From positions 1,965 to 65,964 of the forward strand of contig NW_021836295.1 in NCBI RefSeq assembly GCF_006345805.1: 64,000 bases of DNA. Direction: 5' to 3'. Source of the DNA: Octopus sinensis. Taxonomy: Eukaryota. Below are positions 1 through 14,721 of the stretch, one piece after another (the stretch's first letter is position 1; the number at the start of each line of letters is the position of its first letter). The translations under genes were made by a program, and so were the position numbers. The notes beneath the pieces are model-generated. The model did no database searches. It was not told where the DNA came from and saw only the letters and a program-made list of their open reading frames with translations.

Positions 1-120
1 CCCAGTGCGTAAATGGTACTTAATTTATCGACCTCGGCGGAATTTGAACTCAGAGCGTAACGGCAGACGAAATACGGCTACGCATTTCGCCCGGCGTGCT
101 AACGTTGCTGCCAGCTCGAC
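1..120 (-). mobile_element. SINE family S2 (tRNA-like head, Meta/Sauria-like core), partial
   Basis: Minus strand has A-box-like AGCTGGCAG and B-box-like GAGTTCAAATTCC, plus the start of the shared core. Confidence 0.75.
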
Positions 121-140
121 GCGGCGTACGTACACTTTGG

Positions 141-172
<32 letters not shown>

Positions 173-658
173 CATTCATACATGTATGCATAAATTAAGC
201 ATATACATTCACATAAACATAGATATAACAAATGTATCACTATATGTGTGCGCTTCTCTATGGACCTTTTTCCTTCACATGATCATTCACCTGGGCGGGT
301 TACAACGTGTTACTCTAAGGCTGATGGCGGGGGGGGGGGCAGTTTATAGTTAAAAACTGTGAAATATCAATGTCTATATCATACTTATTACAATATAGAA
401 TGGTGGTAGGTTCAAAAGCTCAGGCGTTACATCAGTAAGCGTTCTCTAATGTTGAAAGAAGTTATCTTAAGTGAGGCTGCATTCAATCTGTCAGTCTGCA
501 GCATCTGTTTTAGTTAAACTATAGCAGATGCCACAGACCTGTCCTAGTAAAGAGATATGATAGGCTTAAACGGTAGAGTACACATACATGCACATAGACA
601 CACACCCGCTTTCCCATACGCATACAAGTACAAACATATACATGTACGCGTGTGTGTA

Positions 659-694
<36 letters not shown>

Positions 695-1019
695 CCTCTG
701 TGTGTGTGTGTGTATTAATTTGTACTGCACTACATAGCGTTTTATGGTTAATTTGAAATGTGAGTTATGTTTTTTTTTATAATAAGCATTATTTTAACCT
801 CTATATTAAAAGTGAAGTAAGTAGTTACGTCACAGGGTTTACTCTTAAGAAGGCAAAAGTACTATAACCTCGAATACCACCGCTACTACTAACTACTTTA
901 CTATTAACTAACACGAGCGTCACTACTACTTCACACAATCGCCAACACCGCCACGACCACCTACTAAAACTACCACAACGACAGACATCATCGTATTCAC
1001 CATCACACTCACTGATGGA

Positions 1020-1402
1020 TGGAAGCACTCCGTCGGTTACGACGACGAGGATTCCGGTTGATCCGAATCAACGGAACAGCCTGCTCGTGAAATTAACGTG
1101 TAAGTGGCTGAGCACTCCACAGACACGTGTACCCTTAACGTAGTTCTCGGGAATATTCAGCGTGACACAGAGAGTGACAACGCCGGCCCTTTGAAATACA
1201 GGTACAACAGAAACAGGAAGTAGAATGAGAGAAAGTTGTGGTGAAAGAGTACAGCAGGGATCACCACCATCCCCTTCCGGAGCCCTCGTGGACTTTAGGT
1301 GTTTTCGCTCAATAAACACTCACAAACGCCCGGTCTGGGAATCGAAACCGCGATTCTATGACCGCGAGTCCGCTGCCCTAACCACTGGGCCATTGCGCCT
1401 CC
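1020..1402 (-). mobile_element. SINE family S3 (tRNA-Arg-like head)
   Basis: Minus-strand head GGCGCAATGGCCCAGTGGTTAGGGCAGCGGACTCGCGG..TTCGATTCC. Homologue at 40515-40888. Confidence 0.8.
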
Positions 1403-1865
1403 ACAAACATCATCCTTTCACGATGAACATCATATCATTTTTACTGGTCTCTAGTGTTCTTAGACGTTTGTCAAGGAAGGAAAATCCATCGTCGAGCGAG
1501 AGACAGAGTGTTTGTTTGTGATAACATAGCTCAAGTGATGAGTACATAGTGTGTTACCGTGTTTTAGTTTTTGTGAACCAGGCATGAACTGATCGAATCG
1601 CTCAACGTTCTCTTTTTCTATCTACAAAGTATTAAAGAAAAAACAAGAGAAAGCGTTTTGTTTACTATTCCCTGCAAGACTAAAATTCTATGTTTATAGA
1701 AAACAATTGAATGAATTGCATATAATTTCATTATATGAGTGTGTGTGTGAGTGCATGTGTGTGCATATATATATCAAGATATATGTATACACACACATAT
1801 GTATATATACACATGCATAGGTACATATGTATACACGTATATATATTCATATACACACACACATA

Positions 1866-1912
<47 letters not shown>

Positions 1913-2133
1913 CATATATATATATACATATATATATGCATACACATACATACACACACACGCACACACACACACACACACACAATAATATATATATATA
2001 TATATATGAATTTAGGGACGAGGTGACTGCGTGTGCTTGGTAACAACACAAGCATTAAACTAAAGTATCCCTGCTGTGAGCCAAAAGGTATCACATGAAG
2101 GTGACACGTTTTAGAAGACAGAGGAGTGTGACG

Positions 2134-2171
<38 letters not shown>

Positions 2172-2239
2172 AAGAGAGTCATGCATGGTGACATGTTTCG
2201 TTCGTCATGTGAGGTTAAAACTCACTGAAGCAAGAAAAT

Positions 2240-2359
2240 ATGGGAGTACTGGGTCTAGGGTTGTCAACTACGACGAAATATCTGCTATCAAATCACACAA
2301 CAAAGTTATATAATATTATGCGCCAATATCAGATCACAATAGCTCTGTGGCCTGATACT
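2240..2359 (+). CDS. Candidate exon of unidentified host gene (MGVLGLGLSTTTKYLLSNHTTKLYNIMRQYQITIALWPDT)
   Basis: Open 40 codons ending at donor GTAAGA in phase 0, compatible with the next candidate exon; may start at an AG at 2230. Confidence 0.45.
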
Positions 2360-2606
2360 GTAAGATGTCAGTCGTAAATCTATTTAAAATATCGAGAAAC
2401 TGGATTGAGACAGCGGGGAGGGAGATGTATACATGACTGTCGTTATTTATGGAGGAAAAGAGATCATGCTTCTCCTTTTGTTTCCTTTTGTATTTATTTC
2501 TTGTTATTTTAATTGTGTTCTGCTTCTATTTTCTATTTTCTATTTTATTTATTATTTGTAGTTTCATATTAACCGTTTTGCTGTTTTCATTTCGTTGACG
2601 GCGCAG

Positions 2607-2681
2607 GGGAAGCTCTCGGGAGAAGTCAAAGTGTACAATAAATTTTATCCAAGTTTTGTTGAGGTCGTACCACCACTGCAA
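2607..2681 (+). CDS. Candidate exon (GKLSGEVKVYNKFYPSFVEVVPPLQ)
   Basis: Pyrimidine-rich acceptor ..GCGCAG, donor GTGAGT, 75 nt, phase 0/0, no stop. Confidence 0.55.
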
Positions 2682-3384
2682 GTGAGTTGATATGCCTAAA
2701 GCGTGGCTATTGCATGAAGAAAATTAAATAACGTGGTTTATTGTCGTTACACTCCCGACCAATCGACATTACGACCCGGTTTCGCCTCTCATTTGGACAA
2801 TGCCTATGACATCACTTATGACATTTAAAACATTTTGTGAAATATCATGGATGTTGAAACCTCCCAAATAATCGCTTTCCGTAAAATGTACGGCATTTAC
2901 TTTTAGTATTATTTACTGAATAATGATATTCAGTAAATGCATAATAAAGGCAGTGGCCTCTGAAAAAAAAGGTTATAGAAACTCGTGAGAGGAAATATTT
3001 TGAATTGCATCATGCCAAGTCAATGATCTCCAAAATCCAGGATTGTTTTTATCTAAATACTCGAAGATCTAAGTGTTCGATTGTCTTTTAACCTAATATT
3101 TACATGTTGTAATTTCTAGTTTATATATACTTCGAGTCCCACTGTTATGTTAACGAATATTTCACGTTCTCTCGAGGCTTCTGAATACTTCTGGCAAAAA
3201 CAACATTGATTTCTTGCTGCAAAGAACAAAGATGGGTAGAACATTTGTAATGTCTTACAGAAGGTATTGGTTCTTGTCCTACAGGCAGCGTTCGAATTTT
3301 CCTATCCAACGTGTGTTTTTAACACATTACTTCACACCATTATTTATATCTTTATATAGTTTGAGTTACACCATTATAAAACTG

Positions 3385-4038
<654 letters not shown>

Positions 4039-4640
4039 TCGACAGACAGACAGACAGACAGACATACTGATTGATTGAAAAATAGATCCAGCGACTCAAC
4101 TATAAATATATATGTCTGTTTGTCTGTACGTATATATTTATGTTTGAATGTATGTATCTATCTATTTGTGTTAAATTATTGAAATCGTGATGAAATACTT
4201 CGTATACATATAAATTTCCAAATTTGAAGATATTTGGGGTTTAAAAGACTAAAGAATTTCAGTATTTTTTAAAAAGTCGGAAATGATAGTTTTTTCTTTT
4301 GTTTGTTTGTGATTTTTGAGGTGGTAGTTTTCGTTTACCTGAGAAAGAGATGGGGTGAGAGAGGGAAGTGTGAGTGAGAGAGATGGGAGAGAGAGAGAGG
4401 GAGAGGGAGAAGAAGAGAGAGGAGAAGAGATGAGAGACAGATAGAGGGAGGGAGAGAGGGAGAGGAGAGAGAAAGATATGAAAATCGAAGAGGTGCATAA
4501 TTGAAAAAGACATTCAATATAGAGATTCTATCATCAGCCAAGGGGCCATAATCCACGTAGTTTCGGTGCGTCGAAACGCTAAAGACTTTAAATTCCATAA
4601 TACTACTCCGCTTAAACTAGTAATATTTCATATCATTCAG

Positions 4641-5310
4641 GGCGGCTAGCTGGCAGAATCGTGAGCGCGCCAGACGAATGCTTAGCAGTATTTCGTCGGC
4701 CGTTATGTTCTGAGTCCAAATTCTGCCTAGACCGACTTTGACTTTCATCCTTTAAGGGTCGATTACATAAGTACCAGTTACGCACTGAGGTCGATGTAAC
4801 CGACTTAATCCCTTTGCCTGTATTTGTTTGTCCCCTCTATGTTTAGGGGCAATAAAGAAATAAATATCTCATGTCATTTCTGATGATACACGCTACAAAG
4901 AAAACAACTAACAATGATGTGGACAACAAAATAGACGTGAGACGTTTAGGCGGCGAGCTGGTAGAAACGTTAGCACGCCGGGCGAAATGCGTAGCGTTAT
5001 TTCGTCTGCCGTTACGTTCTGAGTTCTAATTCCGCCGAGGTCGACTTTGCCTTTCATCCTTTCGGGGTCGATAAATAAGTACCAGTTACGCACTGGGGTC
5101 GATGTAATCGACTTAATCCGTTTGTCTTTCCTTGTTTGACCTCTCTGTGTTTAGCCCCTTGTGGGTAGTAAAGAAATAGGTATTTCATCTGTCTTTACGT
5201 TTTGAGTTCAAATTACGCCGAGGTCGTCTTGGCCTTTCATACTTTCGGGGTCGATAAATTAAGTAGCAGTTACGTAGTGGGGTCGATCTAAACAACTAGT
5301 TCCCTCCTCC
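4641..5310 (+). mobile_element. SINE S2 cluster, 3 units
   Basis: Repeated head/core/tail. Tail-to-body junction GAAATA|GGTATTTC at about 5178. Confidence 0.8.
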
Positions 5311-5819
5311 AAAAATTCGAGCCTTGTACGTTTCTCTGTGTTAAATTGTCATGTTTTCATTTTTCACTCGTGTTTACGTATTCCACTCGCTTTCCTCTCG
5401 TTTATTTACGCATTTCATGTTATTTGCACTGTTGGTGACGTCCTGTAGCCATATATACATGTATATATATATTATTATTATTATTATTATATATATCATA
5501 TGTGTGTATATGTGTGTATTTGTATGTGCATGAGAGTGAGGAATAGTGTGTGTGTATGTGTAGTGTATTTGTGTGTGTATATATGTTTGTGGAAGACCGT
5601 ATGCGTGCAGGTGAGCATACAGGAGTGTACGTGCTAGTGTGTGAGCGTTCATGTTTATTTATATATGAGAATGTGTGTATGTCAGTGTGTGTGAGTGTGT
5701 GCGTCTGTGTGCATGTGTACATGTTTGTGTTTGTATATGACGGTTATTTTTCGTGTTTGCGTGTGTTAGAGCTAAATCACGTGCCATCTGTACAATGTAC
5801 TCCAAAATGTCATTGATCA

Positions 5820-5899
<80 letters not shown>

Positions 5900-5984
5900 C
5901 ACTCACACACACACACACACACATATATATAAGATCACAGTAATCCATCAAGAGTAACAGCACCGCCACCAACACCTCCCAGAC

Positions 5985-7366
5985 GCTATGTCTAACACCT
6001 ACTTCACCACCACTGCCACCACCACCACTACAAACCCCATCACCGCCGCCACTATCACCGCCTCCACCACCACCACCACCACCACCACCATCACCACCAC
6101 TACTAGTACTACAACTACTACTATTACTATTACTACCATTACTTATAACCACCACTATTTCTTCTACACCTATCATCGCCACCACCATTTTATTTGACTA
6201 CTACTACCGCAACCAACACCTCTGTTACCACCACCGAGACCGAAGCACCACGCCCAACACACCCACAACGATATAACCTCTACCTACCCGTACAATCAAC
6301 AAAATTACCATTTTTACCCACCCCCACCACTACGCCGCCTACAACTAAACACCACTACTGTTACCACCACCACTACCACTGCACAGCACCACCACCACCA
6401 CAACGTATGTACGTTATTGCTTAAATCCGCTACATATCTCTCACATCAAACGGTGCTGCTTTGAAAATGAAAACGTCGTTTTTCAGCACGTAGGAGAAAG
6501 ACGTGATGGTCACAGTTGGAATGTTTTTGATCAATTGTGTTGGTTTAAACTACAGCAAGAGCACCTATCATCACTATGCTGCTAACACTTCTTGCACCAC
6601 TATCACCACCGCTACCACCATAACCATCATTACCACCCCTAACACTAACCCTCAACAACCACCTCGAGACCTCCACCCAATCATCATTATAATCACAATC
6701 AACATCAACATTATTGTCATCACAACCACCACTATCACCACCATCACCACCAACACCACCATCACCACCAACACCACCATCACCCACATCGCCTGCCCCA
6801 ACGTCACAATCATCACCACCACCAACACCACCATAGCCATCACCACCACCACTGCCACAACAATGACCAACACCAACACCACCACCACCATCACCACTAC
6901 AACCATCAGCATCATCACCACCATCACCACCAACATCTCCTGCCCCATCACCACAATCACCACCACTACCACAGCCATCACCAACACTATCACCATAACC
7001 ATCGCTACAAGTACCACCATCGCCACCACCACCACCATCACTACCATCACCATCAACACCACCAACACCACCAGCATCTGCCGCACCATCGCCACAATCA
7101 CCACCACCCTCACCACAAGCATAACCAACACTACCACTATCACCATCGCTATCACCACCACCATCGCCACCATCACCAACACCACCACAACCATCACCAA
7201 CTCTACCACCATCACCATCGCTACCACCACCACCATCGCCACCATCACCAACACCACCACAACCCTCACCAACACTACCACTATCACCATCGCTACCACC
7301 ACCACCATCGCCAACATCACCAACACCACCACAACCATCACCAACTCTACCACCATCACCATCGCT

Positions 7367-7397
<31 letters not shown>

Positions 7398-8420
7398 TCA
7401 CTACAACCAATACCACCACCATAACCACCGCCACCACCACCACCACCAACATCATTATCACCGCTATCAATATATCATCATGACAACCCGCGAACCCCAT
7501 ACACAACAACCACTGCCACCAGCACCACCAACCAGCAACCACAGCTCATACAGCTGTCGACCCCTTAACTCACACTCCCAATCCTTGCAAGTCTTCTAGC
7601 CCTTTGCCCCTCGTCAACCAGGTGCCCTTCGGTGCGTCCCGGGACTGGGTTTGCCGAGCAAGACTCTCCTTGTTACCCTTTTGTGTTGTGCTACATACGT
7701 ACAGTGAAGCGAGGATCTTGTTTCCGTCGACACATAACTGGGATTGCATTTGAAGCGCCAACACCACCGCCGCCACCAGCATCACTATGACCACCACCAC
7801 CACCACCACCACCAACAACAATAACAACAACAATAATAACAACATCGCCACCGCTATCAACACTAGCGCAGCCAATTCCAGCATCACTACGACGACCGCC
7901 ACCAATATTGCCAACAACACCACCACTACAACCATTATTACCATCCCTAACACTACTCCTCAACACCACCACCACCCCACCACCACCACAAGCAGCATCA
8001 GCACCACCAACCTCTCCACCACCACCACCACTAGCATCCCCTTCGCCACCACTACCAGTAACATCACCTCCACCACCACCACCACCACCACTAGCATTCC
8101 CTTCGCCACCACCACCAGTAACATCACCTCCACCACCACCACCACCACCACTAGCATCCCCTTCGCCACCACCACCAGTAACATCACCTCCACCACCACC
8201 ACCACCACTAACATCACCTCCGCCACCACGACCATCATCACCACCACAAACAGCATCACCTCCACTACCTCTAGCACTAGCATCGATACCATCAACACCA
8301 GCATCACCACCACCACTATCACCACAATCACAGCCACCACTACCACCACCACTGCTACCACCACCACCACTACCACCACCACCACCCCTACCATCGCTAC
8401 CATCACTGCCACCATTACCA
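5985..8420. repeat. Cryptic (ACC/ATC)n triplet field with 72-bp (7127-7380) and 60-bp (8030-8209) higher-order repeats
   Basis: Periodicity visible in both DNA and translation. Confidence 0.9.
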
Positions 8421-8571
8421 ATACCACTACCACCTTCGCCAAGACCCTGCTCTGCCTTGCCTCCACACTTTGGCCAGTGTATTTATTTAATATGTCGTCT
8501 TCTATCGTTTCCTACTTGATTCAGTGGTCACCATGCTGGAATCGTTTGTTCTACTGTGTTGAAAGATGACA

Positions 8572-9069
8572 TATTTCTTTACTACCCACAAGGGGACAAA
8601 CAAACACAGACAAATGGATTAAGTCGATTATATCAACCCCAGTGCGTAACTGGTAATTATTTAATCGACCCCAGTGCGTAACTGGTAATTATTTAATCGA
8701 CCCCAGTGCGTAACTGGTAATTATTTAATCGACCCCAGTGCGTAACTGGTACTTATTTAATCGACCCCGAAAGGATGAAAGGCAAAGTCGACCTCGGCGG
8801 AATTTAAACTCAGAACGTAGCGCCAGACGAAATACTTATTTCTTATTTCTTTATTACCCACAAGGAGCTAAACACAGAGGGACAAACAAGGACAGACATA
8901 GGTATTAATTCGATTACATCGACCCCAGTGCGTAACTGGTACTTAATTTATCGACCCCGAAAGGATAAAAGGCAAAGTCGACCTCGGCGGAATTTGAACT
9001 CACAACGTAACGCAGACGAAATACCGCTAAGCATTTCGCCCGGCGTGCTAACGTTTCTGCCAGCTCGCC
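8572..9069 (-). mobile_element. SINE S2 dimer with internal 32-bp x4 expansion
   Basis: Two S2 bodies; unit CCCCAGTGCGTAACTGGTAATTATTTAATCGA repeated at 8637-8764. Confidence 0.8.
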
Positions 9070-9205
9070 GGCTGCTGCTGCTGTTGTTGTTGTTGCTGCT
9101 GGTGGTGGTGATGTGGTTGTGTGTTTTTGTTGTGTGAGGGGTGTGTGTTTGCGAGTTAGTGCGTGTATGTATGTGTGCAATGTGTGTCTATACGTGTGTA
9201 TGTGT

Positions 9206-9278
<73 letters not shown>

Positions 9279-10446
9279 GTTTAAATACGGTACCGAATTA
9301 ACTGTGCGATTATCGGCATGTTGAAAATGTCTCAGCCATTGTAGCTTTTACGATGACGACGATGATGATGGTGGTGGTGGTGGTGGTGGTGGTGGTGATG
9401 ATGATGGTGTTATTGTTGTTGGTGGTGGTGGCGGTGGTGGTGGTGGTGGTGGTGGTGGTAGTGATGGTGGTGGCCGTAGTAGTGGGTTTAGTGATAAATA
9501 TAACGACGATAATGATGATCATCATCATCGTCGTCATCATCATCATCAGCAGCAGCAGCGGTAGCAATAGCAGCAACTGTATTATCGTCATCGTGAACAT
9601 TATTATCATCATCGTCGTCATCAACCATCATGGAGGAAATCGTGGCAGTGTCGTGGTGGTGTTCGATGTGGTGTGGATATGTTGGATGTGGTGGTGTTGG
9701 ATGTGGTGTGGTCACGGTGATGACGATGATAATGATGATGATGATGATGATGATGATGGGGGCTGATTAAGATGATGATGATGACGCCGTTAGCGACGAC
9801 GGCGACGAAAGACGAGTGGTGGTGATGTTGTTGGTGGTGGTGGTTATGATTACGATGACGCCGTTAGCGACGAAAGACGTGTGGTGGTGGTGGTGGTGGT
9901 CTTGGCGTTGACGACGACGCCGTGAGCGACGAGGCCGATGTGTCGACGACGGCGACGAAAGACGATGGCGGATGGAGCTGTTGAGGAAGCGGAATTGGGG
10001 AAAATGAACGTGGAACATCGGTTTGGACAAAAGAGTTAGAAAAGCACGAACGCCTGAACGAGAGAAAGGAAAAAATATATACACGAGAAGATATGATAAA
10101 GAGAGACGGAGAGGAGAGGGGAAAGAGTTTAGGACGGAGGAGGAGGACGACGACATGGAGAATGATCACGGGAGGTGTAGTGGAAGAGGAGGAACGAGTG
10201 GGGAAGATATTTTGGTCGGATTGCTGGGTGGTAGAAATAATACGATAGACTTATTTGACATATATCAACCAATCTGTTTACAGTTTGTTGACAGTTGGAG
10301 CTAAACTTTAAAGATTTGAACCATTTGAAGTGGAAAATATTTACAAACAAAACGAAACAGCGAAGTTCTTTTAACCATATATTAATTTGTATATGCGAGC
10401 GAAGGTGCGTCAGTGTGCGTGTGTGTCTGGGTATACACATACAAAC

Positions 10447-10494
<48 letters not shown>

Positions 10495-10497
<3 letters not shown>

Positions 10498-10717
10498 TTC
10501 TACTCTTTTACTTGTTTCAGTCATTTGACTGCGGCCATGCTGGAGCACCGCCTTTAGTCGATCAAATCGACCCCAGGATTCATTCTTTGTAAGCCTAGTA
10601 CTTATTCTATCAGTCTCTCTTGCCAAACCGCTAAGTGACAGGGACGTAAACACGCCAGCATCAGTTGTCAAGCGATGTTGTGGGGACAAACACAGACACA
10701 CAAACATTTACACACAG

Positions 10718-10804
<87 letters not shown>

Positions 10805-11073
10805 ATAATATATATATAATATATATATATATATACGACATATATACATATATACGACATATATATATATATATATATACACACATACATATTTATATAT
10901 ATATACATATATACGACGGGCTTCTTTCAGTTTCCGTCTACCAAATCCACTCACAAGGCTTTGGTCGGTCCGAGGCTATAGTAGAAGACACTTGCCCAAG
11001 GTGCCACGCAGTGTGCGAATGAACCCGGAACCATGTGGTTTGTAAGCAAACTACTCACCACACAGCCACTCCT
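10495..11073 (-). mobile_element. SINE family S1 (tRNA head, CORE-like CTTGGGCAAG, internal CA/TA microsatellite)
   Basis: Head GGAGTGGCTGTGTGG, B-box-like GGTTC, tail GAAACAAGTAAAAGAG. Confidence 0.8.
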
Positions 11074-11296
11074 ATTATTACAAATTTGGGATTTTATCAA
11101 TAGAATCGCAATTCCTATTTTCGGATAACCTTATTGTATGGAATATACATAGAAATTTATATCTAATAAAATAATATAAGCATTAAAAAAAAGCCTACTT
11201 ATATTATTTTATTGGATATAACTTTCTATGTGTATTCCAGGTTGTCCTGAAACAGGAGTTGTGGTTCTATTGGTAAATCCCAAATTTGTAATAATA
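11073..11296. repeat. About 100-bp-arm fold-back
   Basis: 11073-11180 is the imperfect reverse complement of 11198-11296. Confidence 0.85.
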
Positions 11297-11401
11297 TTAT
11301 AAGTGATACTGTTTACATTGCATTAGTAAAATGTAAAATAGTAAATGTCCTGACAACCTGGAATATTTATTATTCCCTAAGGTTTAAAAAAATATTCATA
11401 T

Positions 11402-11820
11402 ATAGGAGTGGCTGTGTGGTAAGTAGCTTGCTAACCAACCACATGGTTCCGGGTTCAGTCCCACTGCGTGGCATCTTGGGCAAGTGTCTTCTGCTATAGC
11501 CCCGGGCCAAACAATGCCTTGTGAGTGGATTTGGTAGACGGAAACTGAAAGAAGCCTGTCGTATATATGTATATATATATATATGTATGTGTGTTTGTTT
11601 GTGTGTCTGTGTTTGTCCCCCTAGCATTGCTTAACAACCGATGCTGGTGTGTTTATCTCCCCGTTACTTAGCGGTTCGGCAAAAGAGACCGATAGAATAA
11701 GTACTGGGCTTACAAAAAGAATAAGTTCCGGGGTCGAGTTGCTCGATTAAAAGGCGGTGCTCCAGCATGGCCGCAGTCAAATGACTGAAACAAGTAAAAG
11801 AGTAAAAGAGTAAAGAGTAT
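11402..11820 (+). mobile_element. SINE S1
   Basis: Full copy from AGGAGTGGCTGTGTGGTAAG to (GTAAAAGA)n. Confidence 0.85.
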
Positions 11821-12534
11821 ATATACTTCACTCTGTCCCTTTTCTTTTTTCTCGTCCCTCCCTAATTCTATCCCTCCGCCTCTATCTCTCTCCTCTCCTT
11901 CCACGTTTGTGTTACCACTTTCCAAGTCTATATATTTTTTGTACCCAATTTCTAGATTGAACTCTATGGAAATTATGGCTGCCTCATTAAATATGACCCT
12001 CTGCGTTGCAGTACTTAACTAGTAATCATGAATTTTGATTTCGTTCTGTTTTTTCGGTGTGTGGTTGCGCTATACTATTTGTGTTCGTGGCACAATTGTA
12101 ACTTATTTTCTGGTTACGCCTGATAAAATCTTATCTATATTTACAATTGAAAAGGAAGTGCTTGTCTGTCAAAATGAAAAAAATTTCTTACTGTATCCGA
12201 TTTCACATTCAGTGAAAACAGAAAGGGACTGTACAGTTGCGTTTCACGTACGCTTTTCAGTGATTATGTTTGTTTATGCGTGTGGTTGGAGTTAGTCCAC
12301 TGACGAGGCTCTGTCACACTTAAAATGAGAATTCGATTTACGAATCTGAAACCTAAGGAAACACCCGATAATTTAAAGAGCGACACCATTTCTCAGGAGA
12401 GCCTGGTGCTACTAGTGTGTTTCATGCATTTACACTGTGCCAATGCAAATCCTACTGCAATCCCACAAGCAGGGGACCATATTGGAGAAAGGATATGAAT
12501 TGCTAATATCGAGACCAAGACTTTTATTTCGTTA

Positions 12535-12935
12535 CTCTTAATCCTTTTACTTGTTTCAGTCATTTGACTGCGGCAATGCTGGAACACCACCTTTAGTCGA
12601 ACAAACCGACCCCAGGACTTATTCTTTGTAAGCCTAGTACTTATTCTATCGGTCGTTTTTGCCGAACCGCTAAGTTACGGGGACGTAAACATATCAACAT
12701 CGGTTGTCAAACGATGGTGGAGAGACAAACACACACACGCGCACACACTCAAATATATATATATATATATATATACGACGGGCTTTTTTCAGTTTCCGTC
12801 TATCAAATCCACTCACAAGATTTTGATCAACCCGAAGCTATAGTAGAAGACACTTACCCAAGTTACCACGCAGTGGGACTGAACCCGAAACCATGTGGTT
12901 GGGAAGTAAGCTTGTTACCATATAGCCACTCCTGC
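12535..12935 (-). mobile_element. SINE S1
   Basis: Reverse complement of the same consensus. Confidence 0.8.
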
Positions 12936-13749
12936 ATCTGCTTAGTTATTTCTCATTGAAAAGTCAGCAGCGTGGAAGGACAGAATGATGAGGGGCAAGT
13001 CTAAAGGAAGGTAAGAGGAATAGAATGAGAAGTGTAGAAAGACAAAATAGGAAAAGGAAGAGAAGTGAGAGATAATGAAGTAAGATGAAGATAGAAGAGG
13101 GTATAGGTAAAAGAGGTAGGCTGAGGCAAGGAAATATGGAATGAGTTGTACTTTGGGAGGAGTATAAAAAAAGAGATGAGGGTAATTAAGAAGAGAGTGA
13201 GTAATAGGAAGAGAGAGGTAGTTGGAGGCAAAATGAAAGTAGAAAGAATGAGCGTAGCAGCAAATGAGAGAAAGTGACAGAGTTCGTGGTAGTGAATAAG
13301 AGAAAAAAGCTTTTTCGTTCAGTTATTTACTAGCAGAAGGACTACAAATTAGAAAAAAAAACAAGGACCAAGATAAATATACAAAAAACAGCTAGAAATA
13401 AAGGAAATGGAAGAAGAGGGTGAATGAAAGACATATACTCAGGCAGACAGCGGGGTTGAGAGACGTAAAAATGAGAAACAAACACACACATACATATATA
13501 TAATATATATATATATATATACATATATACAGAAAGAGAGGGGGGAAGAGAGACAGACAGAGGGGCAAATTCAAAGAATAAACCTAGAACATGAAATATT
13601 GAAAACTAATTCCAAAATTAGTCCAGTTCATGTTTGTCTCTTGTCTCGCGTATTGTTGAAAGTTCCAAAATTGTTGCCTTCAAGCCACACAACTATGTTG
13701 TCGCTCTTTATGTATGTATACATATATATATATATGTATGTATATATAT

Positions 13750-13800
<51 letters not shown>

Positions 13801-14600
13801 TATATGCTTGTTATTCTTTGTTTTTGCTTTTTTTTAAATTTTATTTTATTTCATTTCATTTCATCCGTCTAACGAAGAGCCGCCATTTTATAAAACACTC
13901 CTGATCTACAATTGAACATTCTGGAAATTCAAATATAAGCAGTAAAAAGCTGAATACATCATATGATGGCAATAAATTAGTTTAGAATGGAACTATAATG
14001 GAATTGTATTCTGAAAATGTCTTAAACGACTGTTTGGGTTTCTTTGTTCTACTTTTTCGTTTTTCTTCTTTCTTTCATGTTTTTCTATTGTTTCTGCGTT
14101 TTCACGTAAATTTTTTCCTTTTTCTTTCTTTTTTCTAGTTTCACAATGTTCTGTTTCTTTTGTTTATTTTTTATTTTTATTAGATTAATTTTCGTTATAA
14201 AATATAGTTTTGAAGTTTACAATGCGTTATGTTTGTATAGTTTGTTCAACTAATGTCTCTTTGTTTTTGTTTTTTTTCTTTTCTTTCCATTTGAGGGTTT
14301 TTAGCTGTGGTGGCCAAAATAAAGCTAATATAACCAACAGGGGAGGGTGGAATCTGAGGAACATACGTATTGTGTATGCATGTATGCATCCAAACATGTA
14401 TGTATGTATGTATGTATGTGTGCGCGTCTGTGTAAATACATAAACGCATTTATATGTAATATTGCATATAAATGCATATATGAATATATATATATATACA
14501 TATACCTATATGGGTGTACATTTATATGTATGTCTATGTATGTACGTTTATATGTATTACATATAAACGCATTTATATATAATATTGCATATAAATGCAA

Positions 14601-14631
<31 letters not shown>

Positions 14632-14686
14632 TATAATTATATATGTAGATGTGTATACATACACACATATACATATACACACACAG

Positions 14687-14721
<35 letters not shown>

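Noticed and set aside
6503-8569. Mucin gene call
   Set aside because: No signal peptide or splice support; overlapping ORFs on both strands are typical of ACC repeats. Kept only as a low-interest finding.
8637-8764. CRISPR-like 32-bp repeats
   Set aside because: No spacers, eukaryotic context, derived from SINE sequence.
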